From the NCBI RefSeq assembly GCF_009914755.1, contig NC_060929.1: a DNA stretch of 64,000 nt, one strand, 5' to 3'. The notes beneath the pieces were generated by a model. That model did no database searches, had not been told where the DNA came from, and worked only from the letters and a program-made list of their open reading frames with translations. Numbering within the stretch: the first letter of the stretch is position 1; the number at the start of each line of letters is the position of its first letter. Source of the DNA: the human T2T-CHM13v2.0 reference genome, Homo sapiens. This document shows, piece by piece, positions 1 to 15,309 of the stretch. The translations under genes and the position numbers were made by a program.

Positions 1-524
1 CAGAATTCGATCCTTTGGAAAGAGTTGACAAAAAATTTTTCAGCTTGTTCAGAATCCAAGTAGGAGACGGAACTCATGTATTTTAGGTCAATTGAATGAT
101 CAGCTGGCTGAACAGCTATTAGGTATGCATTAAACAAGTTTTAGTACAAAGCACTATGTTAGAGTTTGCTTCTGGGTTTTAAGGAAGAACTGTTACAGAA
201 TCCTCAGGGCACAAAGAGCATGGGGGTCTCTTCCTCTCTGAACAAGCATGTGCCCCTGGGCCCTGCTGGCTGAGCCTGCTCAGTGTTTGTGAAGAATAAT
301 AGGGAAGTCGTGCACGTATCTCTCTCGGGTTCTTTTTGACAATCTACTTTAATATAAGACCTTGAACTTCAGTGGTGCTTCTTAGTGCTATGTATTTTAG
401 GTTGGTTAGCCTTATTTCAACAGCAATGATTCCACACAATCCTTTGAACACAATGCAAAGGATCAATCAAATCATACATTCTGGAGCCACAGTGTCTTTC
501 TTTTAAATCCTCAATCTTCTTGCT

Positions 525-690
525 TTTAGCTTTGTGGCCAAATACGTCTCTGTGTTTCTGTTTCCTCAACTGTGGAATAGAGATAAAAATGACAGCAACC
601 TCAAAGTATTTTCAAATGAATAAATGTATATATAAACAAAAATACCCAACACAATGCCCAGTACCTAAGATCACACAGTAAACATTTTTA
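525..690. mobile_element. MIR relic
   Basis: Degenerate ctctgtgtttctgtttcctcaactgtggaatagagataa MIR core. Confidence 0.6.
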
Positions 691-779
691 TATGTATAGA
701 GTGTGATGAAGTTGGATAGGACTTTCACCATGGGCTCCTAAAAGAGCCCTACTGGCTCTTTTTTTTTTTTTTTTTGGTT

Positions 780-1200
780 CTTTCTAGATCCATTTTCTAT
801 GTTTCTTTAATCTGCTCTGTTGATAAGCTACATGCTGCTGTCTCCTAAAATCTATAGACTGCGTCACTGGACTTTCTTGTCTTTAAGTTTCCCATAGGGT
901 TTCACCAATGGGAAACGCCAGTAGATAAGAGAGCAAATGGGGAGAAAGGGCAATATATTGTTGTCTCTGCTTCCGCGAGTAAGGTATTAGGCTGATTCCT
1001 CTGCCACAGATCCTGACTAAGGACCATACTCCAGTGTTGTTCTTGAAACACTGCTTCTCTCCTTATTTTTCGGGACTCTGGGGAAAGCCTTCTGTCACTG
1101 GTCCCTGGGTGCTTCACTGTTCTTTGTTGGTTCTCTTAATTCTGTAAACTCTTTCATATAGAATCTCTTTCTTCAGTTAAACACATTGAACATGTTGAAT
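780..1200. mobile_element. Old ERVL LTR (LTR33-like)
   Basis: Resembles recalled consensus (gtttcaccaatgggaaacgccagtaga...); boundaries approximate. Confidence 0.45.
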
Positions 1201-1459
1201 ATGACATCTTTTTGTTTTGATGAATTAAATATGAGGGCAAAAATGTGTCATTAAAAACTTTTTTCAGACTCACTAAAATATCCCTAAAATGTCTCTGCTT
1301 TCCAATCCTGAGGCATCTTCCTTCATCTATTTGTACATGCTTAATATTATAAAGAAGCAAGGGGTTAACCATGAAATGTCAGAGGTTACAAAAATATCGT
1401 GTTCATGGAAAATGGGTATTTGGATCCTCTTCCTCAATGTGCAGGAGAGGAAATCATTC

Positions 1460-1910
1460 TTCTGCTATCTGTTGCTATATAAAAAGTCCCTCCAAAATGT
1501 AGTGGCACAAAACCAACCATTTCATTTGGATCACATTCCATGGATCGGCAATTTGTCCTAGGCTTTCATGGGTGGCCCTTCTCATATTGACTTAGATAAT
1601 ATTTTCTGGGCTTAATGATAGTTCTAGAGCATTAACTGTAATAGCTAAGAGTCTCTCTTTACATAAGTATGAATTCTTATCCTCCAGGAAGCTAGTCAGG
1701 CTTGTTCCCATGGTGGAGGAATGTTTCTTGGGGCAAGGGCAGAAGCTAAAGGTCCTCTTGAGGTTCAGAACTGGCACAGATTACTTCTTTCCTAGTCTAT
1801 AGGGTTAATGCAAATTAGCTCAGATTCCCTCAAGGGATGAGGGAATAGACAACAGTTTTGGGTGGGAGAGGTTGTAGAGAATCTGTGTCCATTTTTTCAA
1901 TCTACCCCAG
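1460..1910 (-). mobile_element. Old MaLR LTR (MLT1-type)
   Basis: Start gctatctgttgctatataaaaagtccctccaaaatgtagtggc and end caatctacc resemble reverse MLT1. Confidence 0.5.
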
Positions 1911-2235
1911 TCCTAAATCCCAAAATCAGGTGAAGGATTGCTACAAAAAAAGCAAACATTATTCACAAAACCGTTGTGGGATATCTTTTAGAAAATGAAA
2001 TTCAGCTTCTTTTCTCCACTTAACTAGACTTTGCTAAGCTCTCGAATAAGTGATTTGCACTATTGTTATAATCAGAGCAGAACAGAGCATAGTGAGAATC
2101 TTTTGGGGGGAAATCTGACATGTTTCCTATGAACATGATTTTGGAGGCAGTTTTCACTAATGTTTAGGTATTGAAAGCTTTGATACTTGTTGAAACCGCC
2201 CATGATGGTAAGAACAATGTGGAATAAGACTGCCC

Positions 2236-2509
2236 TTTTTTTTTTATACTTTAAGTTTTAGGGTACATGTGCACAATGTGCAGGTTTGTTACATATGTAT
2301 ACATGTGCCATGTTGGTGTGCTGCACCCATTAACTCGTCATTTATATTAGGTATATCTCCTAATGCTATCCCTCCCCCCTCCCCCCACGGCACAACAGGC
2401 TCCGTGTGTGATGTTCCCCTTCCCGTGTCCCAGTGTTCTCATTGTTCAGTTCCTACCTATGAGTGAGAACATGTGGTGTTTGGTTTTTTGTCCTTGCTAT
2501 AGTTTGCTG
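2236..2509 (-). mobile_element. 5'-truncated L1PA (PA4/PA5-like) 3' end
   Basis: poly(T) followed by tatactttaagttttagggtacatgtgcac...; candidate TSD ctgc(c/a)ctttt. Confidence 0.9.
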
Positions 2510-3266
2510 CACTTTTAAAGAGGGAGGCTCTCTCCTGACTCCTTAATGCTACCCCTCACCACATTCTCCATGACTCTTAGAGGCCAAAGAAGAGTATCTT
2601 GGAATTTCTGTAGTTTCAGTAGTCCCCTGGGAAGGCTCTCAGAAGCATAGAGAGTTTACCTGAAGTAAAGGCACAAATGATCTCTAGAAAATGGGAGAAC
2701 ATTGATTTGTGAATATGAAGACAATTGGTCAAGTTAGTAAATGGTACTATACAAAACTGATTCAGTGCTTACTGAAGGAGATGATGTTTTCATAGACATT
2801 ACTAGAATCTGATAGTATTTTTTAAATGTTATCTTTGTAAGTGTTGTCTTGAGTCTTTAAGTTTCTTCAGGAGTCCTATCAAAAATTTAATATTTAAAAT
2901 AATGCTATTAACCCAAACATTTGACCGTCCTATGGGAATGGGTATATACATTTTGTCAGACATTGAACTTTAAAGGAGCCTGATTGCCACTTTGTTTACC
3001 TAATCTCCAACATACTGCTTGGCTCACACTGGAGTCTCAAACACCTTTAGAAGACAAACCCATTAAAACATTGTGTTCACATGAAAGGTCACAGTTTATT
3101 ATAGAACAGATTTTAGCACAATGGTTTTCACAATAATTTTTGTAATGCTTACAAAGGTAAATAAGTGTTTATTTTTCCCTGAAACTACCTGTTAGACTCT
3201 AATCAGAAAACAATTAAGTTATATGATCTTGACATATTAACCTTAACTTAAAAACATAATTATATA

Positions 3267-3608
3267 CAGACACTCCTTGAATTACAAAGAGGTTAACCTA
3301 TGTGAGCTGACGATATTGCAAGAAACAACACATTGAACATCATAGCTTAGCTTAGCCTACCTTACATGTGCTCAGAACACTTATATTAGCCTAGACTGGG
3401 GCAAAGTTACCTGGCAACAACAGTACGCTGTAGTATATCTGTTGATCATGTGGCTGATCATGTGGCTGAGTGACAGCTACAGCTCACTGCTGCTGCCCAG
3501 AACAGTGAGAGAGAGGATCCCACTGCTCGCTACTAAATGTGTATGGCTTCTGCAACCATGGGAAAGTCAAAAAATTGTTAAGTTGAATCACTGCAAGAGG
3601 ACTCTCTG
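3267..3608. mobile_element. TcMar-Tigger MITE (MER47-like)
   Basis: TA-flanked cag...ctg ends; agcctaccttacatgtgctcagaacactta core. Confidence 0.7.
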
Positions 3609-3624
3609 TATATGTATGTTGAAA

Positions 3625-3840
3625 TTATATATATAATATATAAATATGTATATTATATATATAAGATATATAGAATATATTATATATAAGATATATAGAA
3701 TATATTCTATATATAAGATATATAGAATATATTATATATAAGATATATAGAATATATTCTATATATCTTATATATAGAATATATTCTATATATCTTATAT
3801 ATAATATATTATATATTTTATATATTATATATATATATTT
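3625..3840. repeat. AT-rich ~26-28-bp minisatellite with an orientation switch (palindromic)
   Basis: Units ataagatatatagaatatatt(a/ct)tatat are followed by their reverse complement. Confidence 0.9.
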
Positions 3841-6800
3841 CATTACCAATGGAAATGTTATAACTGTTCCAGGGAAGTAAGTGTCGATGAAGCTTCATCA
3901 GGATTTTGAGTACAGAATTCTTTTGGCCCCATGCAGTTGACAATCGCATTACACATATTTATATGTACCTATTCATCTTATTGGAAAAACAGTTTCAGAA
4001 GGAAAGATTTCTCTATTGGATAAGTATAGTACTAAGGAAACTAATCACTTAGAAAATTGGCACTTCAACAGCTCCAAAAGTGCAAATGGAAAAAAAAAAC
4101 ATAGTTTAAAGAAGATAAACAAGACAAACAAGGGAAGGTCAAGCATTTTGTTCTTACTACTTAATGTCCCCCAGTTACCTATTTTTAACTCCTGTCAATA
4201 CGAATTGTTAGCCTTTGTATTCATAAAGTACATTTGGCTAGAAAGATGATAAATGCTATAAGAACACGTGAGAACTTTCATAAGAGCATATTCTTTTTTA
4301 AATCATTGTCATCTTGGTTCTCAGTGGGTTAGAATTCAACTCATTTCTATGGTTTTTTCTCTATCTGGGATTTAATTTTAAATTAAATTTTAATGAAGTA
4401 GTTTCCTTCTCCTCATAAATTGGAGAAAAATGAGAATGAACATTCTTCTTCTTTCCTCAGAACAGACTTCTGCTTCTACAGTACTTGAAAATACAACTAC
4501 CCTAGAGATTTGTCGCATATATTTTAGCTTGGGGCTTTCCTTTATGATCACTTACATTTACTACTTTTCCTCTTCCTCTTGGACTCTTCAGAGAAATCTG
4601 TAAAATGAGCCTTTTCATCAAAGATGAGCAGAATTTCCACTTAATCTTAAATTAATATTTTAATCCCAATTCACAAATGTTGTTTTTGCTGCATATGCAG
4701 AAATTTATCAAAAATAGATGCCTAAAATTGTTAAGTACACATTTGTTTTTGTTCTGAAAGATTATTTTATTTGTAGGCTTCTGTTGCCTAGTGGCATTCA
4801 TATTTATCCTTAAATGGAAGAAGAATATAGTATTTTGAGGGAAATAGAACACATTTTTAAACTACTGAAAAAAGCATATCATGCTAATTAATTAATTTGT
4901 TATACGTAAGCCAATAGCAAGCAGTTTAGTTCTATTAGTTTCAATTGAATTAGAGCAGATTTTAACATAAAAATGTTTAGAAATTCCAATCACTCTTACA
5001 GTTACCATAGATTTATATTTAAATATCTTTTAGCATTTGTCCTAAATTACTTGTTATTCAGTGAGCAAAGCTAATGGTTATTGCATTGGAGATTTAATAA
5101 ATAAAAGTTGAGAATATTTAATAAAATTTCATGATAATAAGCATGAGAGTACATTAATAATGAAAAAATGCAGAATGAGATTTTTCATCATAGCTGGAAG
5201 GTTAAGGAATTAATTTTACAGACTATGAAATGGAAATAGCTTCCCCACCATATTATTAACCAATGCTTAGATCAGTATAATCAACTCCTTTATTCAGAGC
5301 ATGTCTATTCTCATATTTAATGGCACTAAATAGGCATTTCCATCAGTTCAATAGGTTAATATAATTCAATAAATAATATCCAAGTAAGAAGTAGATCGCA
5401 TCATGTGATGATTCCTTGATAAGATGCCTTATTTTATTAAGCAAATACATCAACAATTCTGAAGCTAATGTAAGTATAATTTTGTTAGCTACATTTTTAC
5501 AAGTTACACAGTATATTAGCATGCTGCCACCAATACAGAATGTGACCATTGTAGTGAATGGAAAATAAGTGGGATATTTAGAAAACGATGTTTCCCAGAT
5601 AGATCTTTCCCAATAAACGATGAATTGTGATTCAAAGTGTGGATTATGTTTCTATAAAAATTAAAATATCAGTTTTTAAACATATTCAGATAACATAACC
5701 CTCCACACTGTCAAAATATATTGTTATATAGATGTCAGCATATGACAGGGAACCAATACATTTACTTCTGTTTAACAAAATGTTATACTAGTTTTTGCCC
5801 TTGGCAGCGTATGGAGCTTTCTGTCATTACAAAGTTGTCTCAGCACTGTAGAAAATATTTGCACTTTGACACATTTAAAGTCATGCTGGAGAAATGGGTG
5901 GATATGTGTGGAGCAGAGCAAAGGACTACTAAAATACCTCCTTGGTTCACCTCTGAGATTTTATTTAATTGAATACCATTGACAAAAAACAAAACAAATA
6001 AACAAAACAAAAACACAGCATCTTATTCAGAGGCCAGAGAAAAATAAATATTGAAATTAGTGTCACCTTTGTTCATTTATCTAGTTTCTCATTTCCCCAG
6101 AAAGATGTTCTTAAATTCCAGGCTGTTCTCTTTATGATGGATGTACCTAATAACAGGGGTGATGTTCAATATTATTTCTTGGAATTAGACTTAACTGCTG
6201 CTAGTCCTCATCTTCATTTGATTGCTCCTCAGATTAATTCAAAAACGGTCTTTCACAGTTTTAAAGCATCATAGGGATATGTCAGACATATGGTCTCACT
6301 CCTGATCTCAAATCTCTGTTTGTCACGGTACTTCCTATCTGTCTTCAAGGTGTGAATACACATTTATCTATTAGTGTTTGTTTTTGCAGAAGTCTCAGAC
6401 ACTTCAGCTTTCAATGAAAAGTGGACTTATATCTAACCCTACAAACACACCACATGATGTATCCACAGTCAAATAATATTATACAAAATTCTGTGAGAAT
6501 TTCTCCAATCAGAGATGATTTTTTCCCTTTGAGAGGGATAATTGACAGAAATTTTCTGATGTGCTGCATTTTAGCTTTACTGTTATGATTTTTTTTGGAC
6601 ATTGATTTTATAGTTACTAAAAATTATTTGTTAAAAATTTGGATGTTTTCTATAAGGCAGATATTATTATATTGTTCTTTAATGACATTTCTCATTTTTC
6701 CACCTAGCCTATCCTTATTTTCAGCCTTTCAAGAATGGTAATGAATATAATATAAGTACACAGTAAATCTTCATTGTAGGTACTATACTAAACTGCTTGC

Positions 6801-7139
6801 TTTATACTACAGCAGGGGACATTGCTTTAATATACTGCAGTTTTAAGTTAGCTTTGGCTATTTATTATTAGACTTTTAATGGCATCAGTTTCAGATATTA
6901 TCCTTATCAAGACCTTGTTTGTATAATTTCAGATCCTTTCTTTACAAGAAAAATGTCATATTTTTTGTTTTTTCAAAACTCCAAACTCTTATTAGACCAT
7001 TCATTATTTTTTCTTCTCTCTCAGCAAATTGAATATAATATTATATTATCTGAGAAAAATAATTTGATTAGACAGTTCCCAGCTCAATGCCACCATCCTC
7101 TGAGTTTTATACAATGATGCTGATCTGGAATAATATACT

Positions 7140-7350
7140 GATTAAAAGGAAAGTCTACTGAGTCAGACTGTCTGAATTTAAAACTTCCCTCCACATTTTA
7201 CCAATTTGTGACGTTATATAGGTTTCAGTTTCCTATTATATAGAGTGGAGATAAGAATTATAACCAAGTGAAAGACTTTTAAGAATTCAATGAGTAATCC
7301 CCGTAAAATGATTAGTACAATGCCTGGCATTTATCAAGTATTCAATTCAT
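7140..7350. mobile_element. MIR relic
   Basis: gtttcagtttcctattatatagagtggagataa...tagtacaatgcctggca. Confidence 0.6.
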
Positions 7351-7619
7351 GTTCATTGGGCTTCACATATGTTAATACATGTTGTTATTCTATGCCTCTA
7401 TTTACGAAACTCTTTAGTCTTTCAATAATCCAATATAAATCACCCTATAGTTAAAATCACAAATACATTCTATACTAATATATAGTATTTAACAAATAAA
7501 TACAATACAATTTTGAGCCATTTCTTTATAAGAAAATCTTTAGAAGATATTATCTTTAAAGTATTGTGAAGATGGGAATAAAAAGGCAATGCAAAATATT
7601 TCTCTTTAAATGTTTATCA

Positions 7620-8072
7620 GAGTTCTGTGTGTATTAAGTTGCAGTTAGCCTAATCAAATAACCATTTTAGACATCGGTAACTTTGCAAAGGCTGATGGAC
7701 CTTCACTTACAGTTTGGTATGGACATTGACACTAACGATGCCCCCCACACATCAAGAGGTTATGGAAAGGTTGATCATTTATGTAACTGAGGTCTCTGGG
7801 GAGAGCAGGAAGGACTCTCAGGAAGATCCTAAATGGCTAGAGAGAGGAAGGAAAGAGACTTGCCTAGGTTTTTATTGTATAAGCTGGTGAGATCTTGCTC
7901 ATGTAGCGAGGATTTATGAGATTTGAATTTCTTGCCTGCACCAAAGGAGGGAATACCAGCACTTTCTTGCCAGCTTGTCCAGAAGCGGGGATCAAGGGGA
8001 AAAGGGAAGGATGAGGCTCGAAAGCTATCAGCAGTCAAACATCAAAAAATTGAGTCAGACTCCTTGTTAACA
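7620..8072 (-). mobile_element. ERVL LTR (MER54/MER73/LTR53 group)
   Basis: Ends cagcagtcaaacatcaaaaaattgagtcagactcc...aca, the reverse of the family start. Confidence 0.55.
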
Positions 8073-10166
8073 AACCGTGACATTAAATTTTAGTAGCAAA
8101 ATTGGCTGAGTTTAATCAACCAGAGAGTGTCTTACATATGTTATTCAAAGGTACCTTTGATTGATTTTTACTGGATATAGCAATCTTCATTCAACAATTT
8201 TTAAACAATATAATGTGACTTGAAAACTCCTAAAAATGTGAAGCCAAAAACACATTTTGTTAATTCTGTTATTTCTAAGCCCTTATCACATACCACTTTA
8301 TATTTTAGTTAATTGTGTTTATTGAACTGAATTCCAAAATCTTAAGAAAATAAGAGGTGCGCATTATACTATTTTAAATTTGTTGCATGGCTTTGCATAA
8401 TGCTAGTATTTAAAAAGAATTTATAAAATTAATAAATCAATTAATTATTCACTTACGTAAGACTCTATCCATGGAGTTTTTTAGACATAGCATCCTGAAG
8501 AAAATAAATTAAAATTTGAAGCATCAAGAATACTTTTGATTAAAATCATTACTTTTATAAGTATAATAATCCTATATTTAATAAAAAAGGCTCTAATGTA
8601 TTTTCTATGAAAAAAAAGTTTGAAACTACCATGTCATAAAACTGAAGTATTCTTAAGAAGTTAAATTATAAAGTGGTTATAAATGTGACATGCTCTGATA
8701 ATTAGAACTCTTAATTCAAGTAAATATATAGGAATAGTATACTTGCCCTGGTTTCATTTGCTGCCATATAAATGCTGTTCCGGGTCATGTTATAATTGGC
8801 TATTAAATGAATGTGTGCATAATAAATTTCTAATATATGAAAGGCATTAAATGAATCTAGAATAAAATGCACTGAAAAGTAGTATTGAATGAATGTAAAG
8901 ACAAATAAAAAAATCTGAATACTTACATTCATCTCAAGAACATAATCACCTGAAAAGATATTTTTCTTGTAATTTTCTACATATGAATTTCTTATTTGCT
9001 AATATGAATAAGGATTATGTACTGGACTTAAAATCATCAAAAATCAAAAATAAGGTATTTATTAACAGCATTTATAACATTTAAAAAATTGTAGCTAATG
9101 TTACATAATAGAAGTTACCAACTTAAATGCTCAATACCTGCAAGGAGCAGCAGATAATATAATTTAATAAAACAGCATGTAAGTATCTGTAAGAGAGATT
9201 TCTGATGACCAAGGAGTTAAAATACATCCTTCCTTCTAGCACAACTCCAAAGTGCCCAATACAGCCAGAGCAAAAAGCACAATTGATTACCAGGAATATT
9301 TTTAAAGTATAACAAAGCTACAATATTAGACAAAAATAAACAATAACATCATTTTGGAGATGTGTAGTCCAAATTATCTTATACTCGGGAGGAGGCAGAG
9401 CAAGGAAAACAACAGAATGTGATTGCTGTGGGATGTGAGGCTCGGGACTCTAGCTTTTCAGGGGAGATCAAGGCCATCCCCAGTTGCTGGTAGAACGAAA
9501 CACCAGAATGAGGGCTCAGCACAGGTAGAGTGAGGAACTGGTCTGTCCAGACTGGAGCAGTTCAGCAAACTGCAGTAGAGATTTCCTCAAGAATCTAAAA
9601 TCGATTCCCTACTTGTTTGTGTCTGAAGCTGAAATTTAGACAACTGCCATAGAGTCTGGGGCAGAATTAGTAATAAGGAAACATAGAAAACCAAGCCAAA
9701 AATGTCATGGAATAGCATACACCATAACATATATATTTTTGATTACACTAAAATTAAATATAATAAAAAGATAAGCCTCTTATTTGTGAAATATAGTTAT
9801 ATATTGTTGAAAAATTATTACTCTCAAGAGTTTTGTACTTATCAGTTCATAAATAATAAGAATGTTAAAACATATAAAAGAAAACTGTTATAGACATGAA
9901 GTGGCAAGTTATAAAATTACCTTAGTGGGACATAAATATAATGAATAAATGCTTAAATTAACTTAACTGTTACATTATTTTAGAAAATCTAGAGAGAATA
10001 ATTTATAGGTAAAATATCTTGATTTTTAAATGCGGTCCATAGTGTGGTAAATTGTTACAGTTTTAAACACAATATGAGCTAGCAACATATTTTCCAAAAC
10101 AAACAAAACAAAACACTGACTTAGGTCAGATGAGGTTCAATGTCTCTGGGTTGCTATTGTCAGTGT

Positions 10167-10482
<316 letters not shown>

Positions 10483-11087
10483 GCTATTTTCACCATAAAG
10501 ATTGAAGTAGCTGATATTTCTACTGCATTATAAACAATTATTTAAGTGCATTTTTTTTAAAAGTCCCAATATTTTTATTGAAATTTGGAAAGTAATTAAT
10601 CATATTTAAGTAAGACAACATTTTCTTAGAGCTGAACTGTTCAGCTTGCCAGAAACCATATTCCATGACCTGAGTACAAGATAATAGTGGGCAAAAAGCT
10701 GCTCAATAACTAGGCCGTCATAAAGTTAATTACAATTGCAAAAGAGAAGTGTACATATTTTTATTCCTTCTCTGTGTGAGCTTGTGTTTTGATTCTGACA
10801 TTTAGAATTGACGGTCTGAAATGTAGTAAAATCCCTTTACCGTTATCTGTTAGAAACCAAGATTATTAAACACAATTTTAGTTGTGTCAGGTTTTTATTT
10901 TTTAACTTGAAAAATTATTCAAGTTTTTCAGAAATTTTGAAAAGATTCTTTCAAATAGTGATTTAATTGTGATCAACCAGAATTTAGCAAACTATCTTTC
11001 AATTTAACAGTCTAGAGTATATTCAATATTGCATTGAAGGCAGGTACGTTGCTGCAAATTTGAGTATAATTTTCCCTTTTTTTCACA

Positions 11088-11416
11088 TTTATTTATGTAT
11101 GTATGTATTTATTTATTTATGTTTGAGACAGGGTCTTGCTCTGTTGCCTAGGCTGGAGTGCAGTGGTGTGATTATAACTCGCTGCAGCCTTGAACTACTG
11201 GGCTCAAGCCATCCTCCTGACTCAGCCTTCCAATTAACTAGGACTACAGGCATGCACAACTCCACCTAGCTAATTTTTTTTAAAAAATTCTGTAAAATGG
11301 GTTTTCCCCTGTGTTGCCCAGGCTGGTCTCGAACTCCTGACCTCAGCAATCCTGCCACCTCAGTCTCCCAAAGTGCTGGGATTACAGGCATGAGGCATGA
11401 GCCACCACGCCCAGCC
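11088..11416 (-). mobile_element. AluJ
   Basis: gagacagggtcttgctctgttgcc...gcagccttgaac; tail decayed to (TTTA/TGTA)n; TSD acattt. Confidence 0.9.
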
Positions 11417-11489
11417 ACATTTTATTTTTCATTTCCCATGTATTTATAATTCTACAAAATTTTTAAAATGCTCATATACAAATATTGAG

Positions 11490-12790
11490 CATTTTATTCA
11501 ACATTGGGCAAGTATTTGCAGCATGCCAACAAGGTATGAGACAACAATCTGGGCACGTGAGATACTTTAATGAATAAAATATATAAAAATTATTGTCCGG
11601 AGAGATCAAGCATTCTAGTAGAGGTAGACAGACACAAAGTTAAAGGATAAACAAATTCTATATCAGGTTGACTGGTGCTATGTGCTGTGGCAAACATTTA
11701 TTTTTAAAAATAGAGAAAGGAGAAATGGGTGTGGAGGATGGTGATTTTAAATAGACTGTTCAATGTAGTTCTCACTAAGAAAGTCACATTTAAAAGTGGT
11801 CTTGAAGGTAGTTATGAAGTTAACTTTGTGGATATCCGGGGAAAGATTATTCCAAAGAAAATAATTAGCCAGTCGAATGGAAAAAAATGCTTGCCAGTTT
11901 TGAGGAAAAACAAGGAGCCCAGAATAATCTAATTGAAATGAGTGAAAGAAATGAGAATAATTTATCAGAGAAATACCGGGAATCTGATCTGACAGGTCCT
12001 TAGAGGCCACTGTGAGGACTACGTCTCAATGCAAATGAACAATTGGTAAGTTCTGAAAAGAGAACTGAGATGTCCAAACTTAGCTAGTTAAAAAAAGAAG
12101 CATACCTGCTCTGTATTTGGTTGAAAATAGATGGCAGGAGCGGAAGCTAGTGAGAAGAAACACTTAGAAGAACACTGCAATAATCCAAGTATGGGTATTA
12201 GACCAGCATTGTAGCAGGAGATATGATGAAAAGACATTGTATATCAGTTAAATTTTGAAGGTATCACTAGTAGGATTTTCTACAGTATTAGATATGGAAG
12301 ATAACAGAATGAAATAAATGAAGATTGACTGCTTGGTTTATGGCCTGGACAATTAGAAGGATAGAGCTGACATTAACGAAGATGGGGGAAGTTGAGTAAC
12401 GACAGGAGCGAAAATTAGTAGTTAAAATTTGGACATGTTACTTTTGACATGTTTATTCAAGTAGAAATTTAGAATAGTTGGATATATGTTCGGATTATTA
12501 GATAGAGGTGAAAGTGGGAGGCATAAAATCAGAAAATTTCAATCTATATCTTAGATACAGATATAGATATAGACGTGTATAGTAACATGGAAAATTGCTA
12601 AGAATACCGAGGACCTGAATTTAACTAGAAAAGAAAAAAGCCTGGACAACTCTAAAACAGAGAGCAAGAAAAGAAGAGAAAGAACCAGTAAAGAAGACTG
12701 GGTAAAGTTAAAGAACAACCAACAGAATAAAGAATCCTGGAGGCTAATTATGATACTTGTGCCAAACTGAAAGGAATGATCAATATCCAC
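11490..12790 (-). mobile_element. L2 relic
   Basis: Typical reverse L2 3' region (ttattcaaca..., cattctagtagagg..., ttggacatgttacttttgacatg). Confidence 0.65.
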
Positions 12791-15309
12791 CACTGACTAA
12801 GGTGAGGTATTATTACTTTTTTCTTGTTTGTTTGCTTGCTTTTATTGTTAATTCTATTTTATTTTCTTTACTAAATTTGGTATTTAAGTCATTGAAATAG
12901 ATTCAATGTGCCTGAGAGCAAAATTGAATGGAATAATATCTCCACTGTGTATTAAAATGTAAATAGTGTAGACAGGTTATTCATACTGAAAGAAATTCAG
13001 ATATAAATACAGACATATTCTAAAAATTATTGAACTTTCTAAATAAAACAATGAAATTAAGTTTAATTATATTTGGGATAATGGTTACTCAATTGATTTT
13101 AATTTAATTCTATTTTAGTTTGAAATAATCAGAGCTAATTAATTTAGTTTGGTAAGTACACATTAAGAATAAATTATCTTCAAATTTTAACAACCCCATA
13201 GTTCATGAGAATAAAGTAACAGAAACAAATCTTACTGAGAATATTGTGTGCATCTAGTAAAATAAATTCCAAATTCAACAGGGTGAATATTATGATGTCT
13301 GTTTTTCTGAAGAATTTCAATGATTCATTTAGTTTGCTAGTAAGGAAATAATAAAATCTGGTCCATCTGGCTCCTGAATGCATTTTTCCTATTATGGACA
13401 TTTCATAGATTACTGGAAAAGTATAGAAAGTATTAGTGTTACACAGATCTGTTAATTTCCTTCATTCAATCAGATCCTCTGATTCATTGCTTTTAAGTCA
13501 GGTATATAAAAACAATCACATACCAGTTAATATTAATTCTTCTAGCTCTGTCCTCCTTACAAAGACTACCATAGGGCAGTCATTTCACAGATCAAGAAAA
13601 GTGAGAACTTTGAAACTAACTTCATTATTTCTCAAAAAAAGACAGCCAAATAATATTTCGCAAGTTAAAATATTTAATGTCTCATTCTATCTAATGACAA
13701 TCTGACTCTCTCATATCAATCAGAGATCTACAGCTTGTAGGTAGCTTGGTTTGTTGCAGTGTTCTTAGTATTTCAAGCATGGTAAGCCCAGGCAAGCTAT
13801 GTAACTACGAATTTCCTCATCTCTCCTGCCACATATTGTCTTCTTTTTTTAAACAGCCATTACATGTACAGTCAGTATAGGTCTTCTTAGAGCTGATTTA
13901 CTTATTGTTATTTAACCTTGTAGTGATTATAGAATAAAGTGATCATAAGAGGCCTTGCTCGATGCCTAACATTTTTAATCACCTCAACCCACTCTACATA
14001 TCCTATTCGAGTATTTGTCTGATCTATGATGGATGAGTTTTGGCAATGGGGGAACTAATTCCTTTCTAAGATAAAACTAAAATTATCTAAATTAAAACTG
14101 AAACTAAAAATCTTTCTGTTTCCTGGGTGATTGTGTCCTGAGAAACATTTCAAGTAATTCTTAATAGTCCAGTATGTTTTTTTTCTTAGCATTAAATTCA
14201 ATCTTTAATGTGTGTTAGTTACTGAAGATAAAGTTCTTGAGTTAGTCCTGGTCTACAAAAACTTTACAACATAGTGATATAACAACAAATAAGTACATGT
14301 TTATAATTTTGTATTTGCTCAGTAAAATCTCTTGGTAACAGACTAGACAAAGTTAAATTTCTCCTATATGAATTCCACCTAGGAATCACCATGAGCATGG
14401 CATCTGCTGCCTAAAGGATGAATAATTAAAGAGGAATAAAAGGTTAATTCTTGGCACAGAAAATAGATAACATGCAATCTCTCTGTGAAGTTCCCCTATC
14501 TTGGTTTAAGTTTTACACTGTAGGCCATATCAGGGCCAGATTACACATGGCAGTCTTTCAAATATTTGCAGATGATGATTGTTTACGATTCCCATCTCTT
14601 CTTCTCTCCCATGCTTTGAGGTGCCTACATTCTATTTTCTGGACAATCGCAATCATTAGTTAACCATTGCATTCTTTTAGGTTTCTTTTCTCTACTTTTC
14701 CTTAGCTCTTTCAAAATTTTCTCAAATATAATGACTTGGAATTTCCTCAATAAAATAATAAATTTAAAAACAAGCTCTCTAGTCTTCAATACACATTTTA
14801 AACATGTTACCCACACCTGAGCACATATTCCATTAATTGTCTCATCATGAAGAAAAAAAAATTAGAACTGTGATTTCTCATTTTAGAGAAGGTTGATTTA
14901 GATTTTTTCTATATCTACATGACATTACTGATACACACTTCATTTACTCTCAAATATAATCCACTAGTTGATCCATAGTAAAGACTTGCAATAAAAACTT
15001 AAAGTTTATTATCCACAACTATATATATATGTATATATATAATATTTTATATTCCAAATGTGTCTCATACTCTATTGATGGTTAGACATCAGTGGTTCTA
15101 TAAACATTAGTCAATATTTAAGTGATGAAACGGAAAAATAACAATTTGTACCAAAGCTATTTTATAGTTTCACTACATTGTAGGTCCAAATCCATGCAGT
15201 AGTTTCTGAACTGCTTATTCCCTGAGTGAATCACGTTTTACATTTAAAGGTGTAAAACATTTTTGTTATAAATGAGATCAGATCTGCCTCTAGGAATTAA
15301 ATAAAATGA

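Noticed and set aside
3625-3849. 74-aa Ile/Tyr-rich ORF
   Set aside because: It is a translation of the AT minisatellite.
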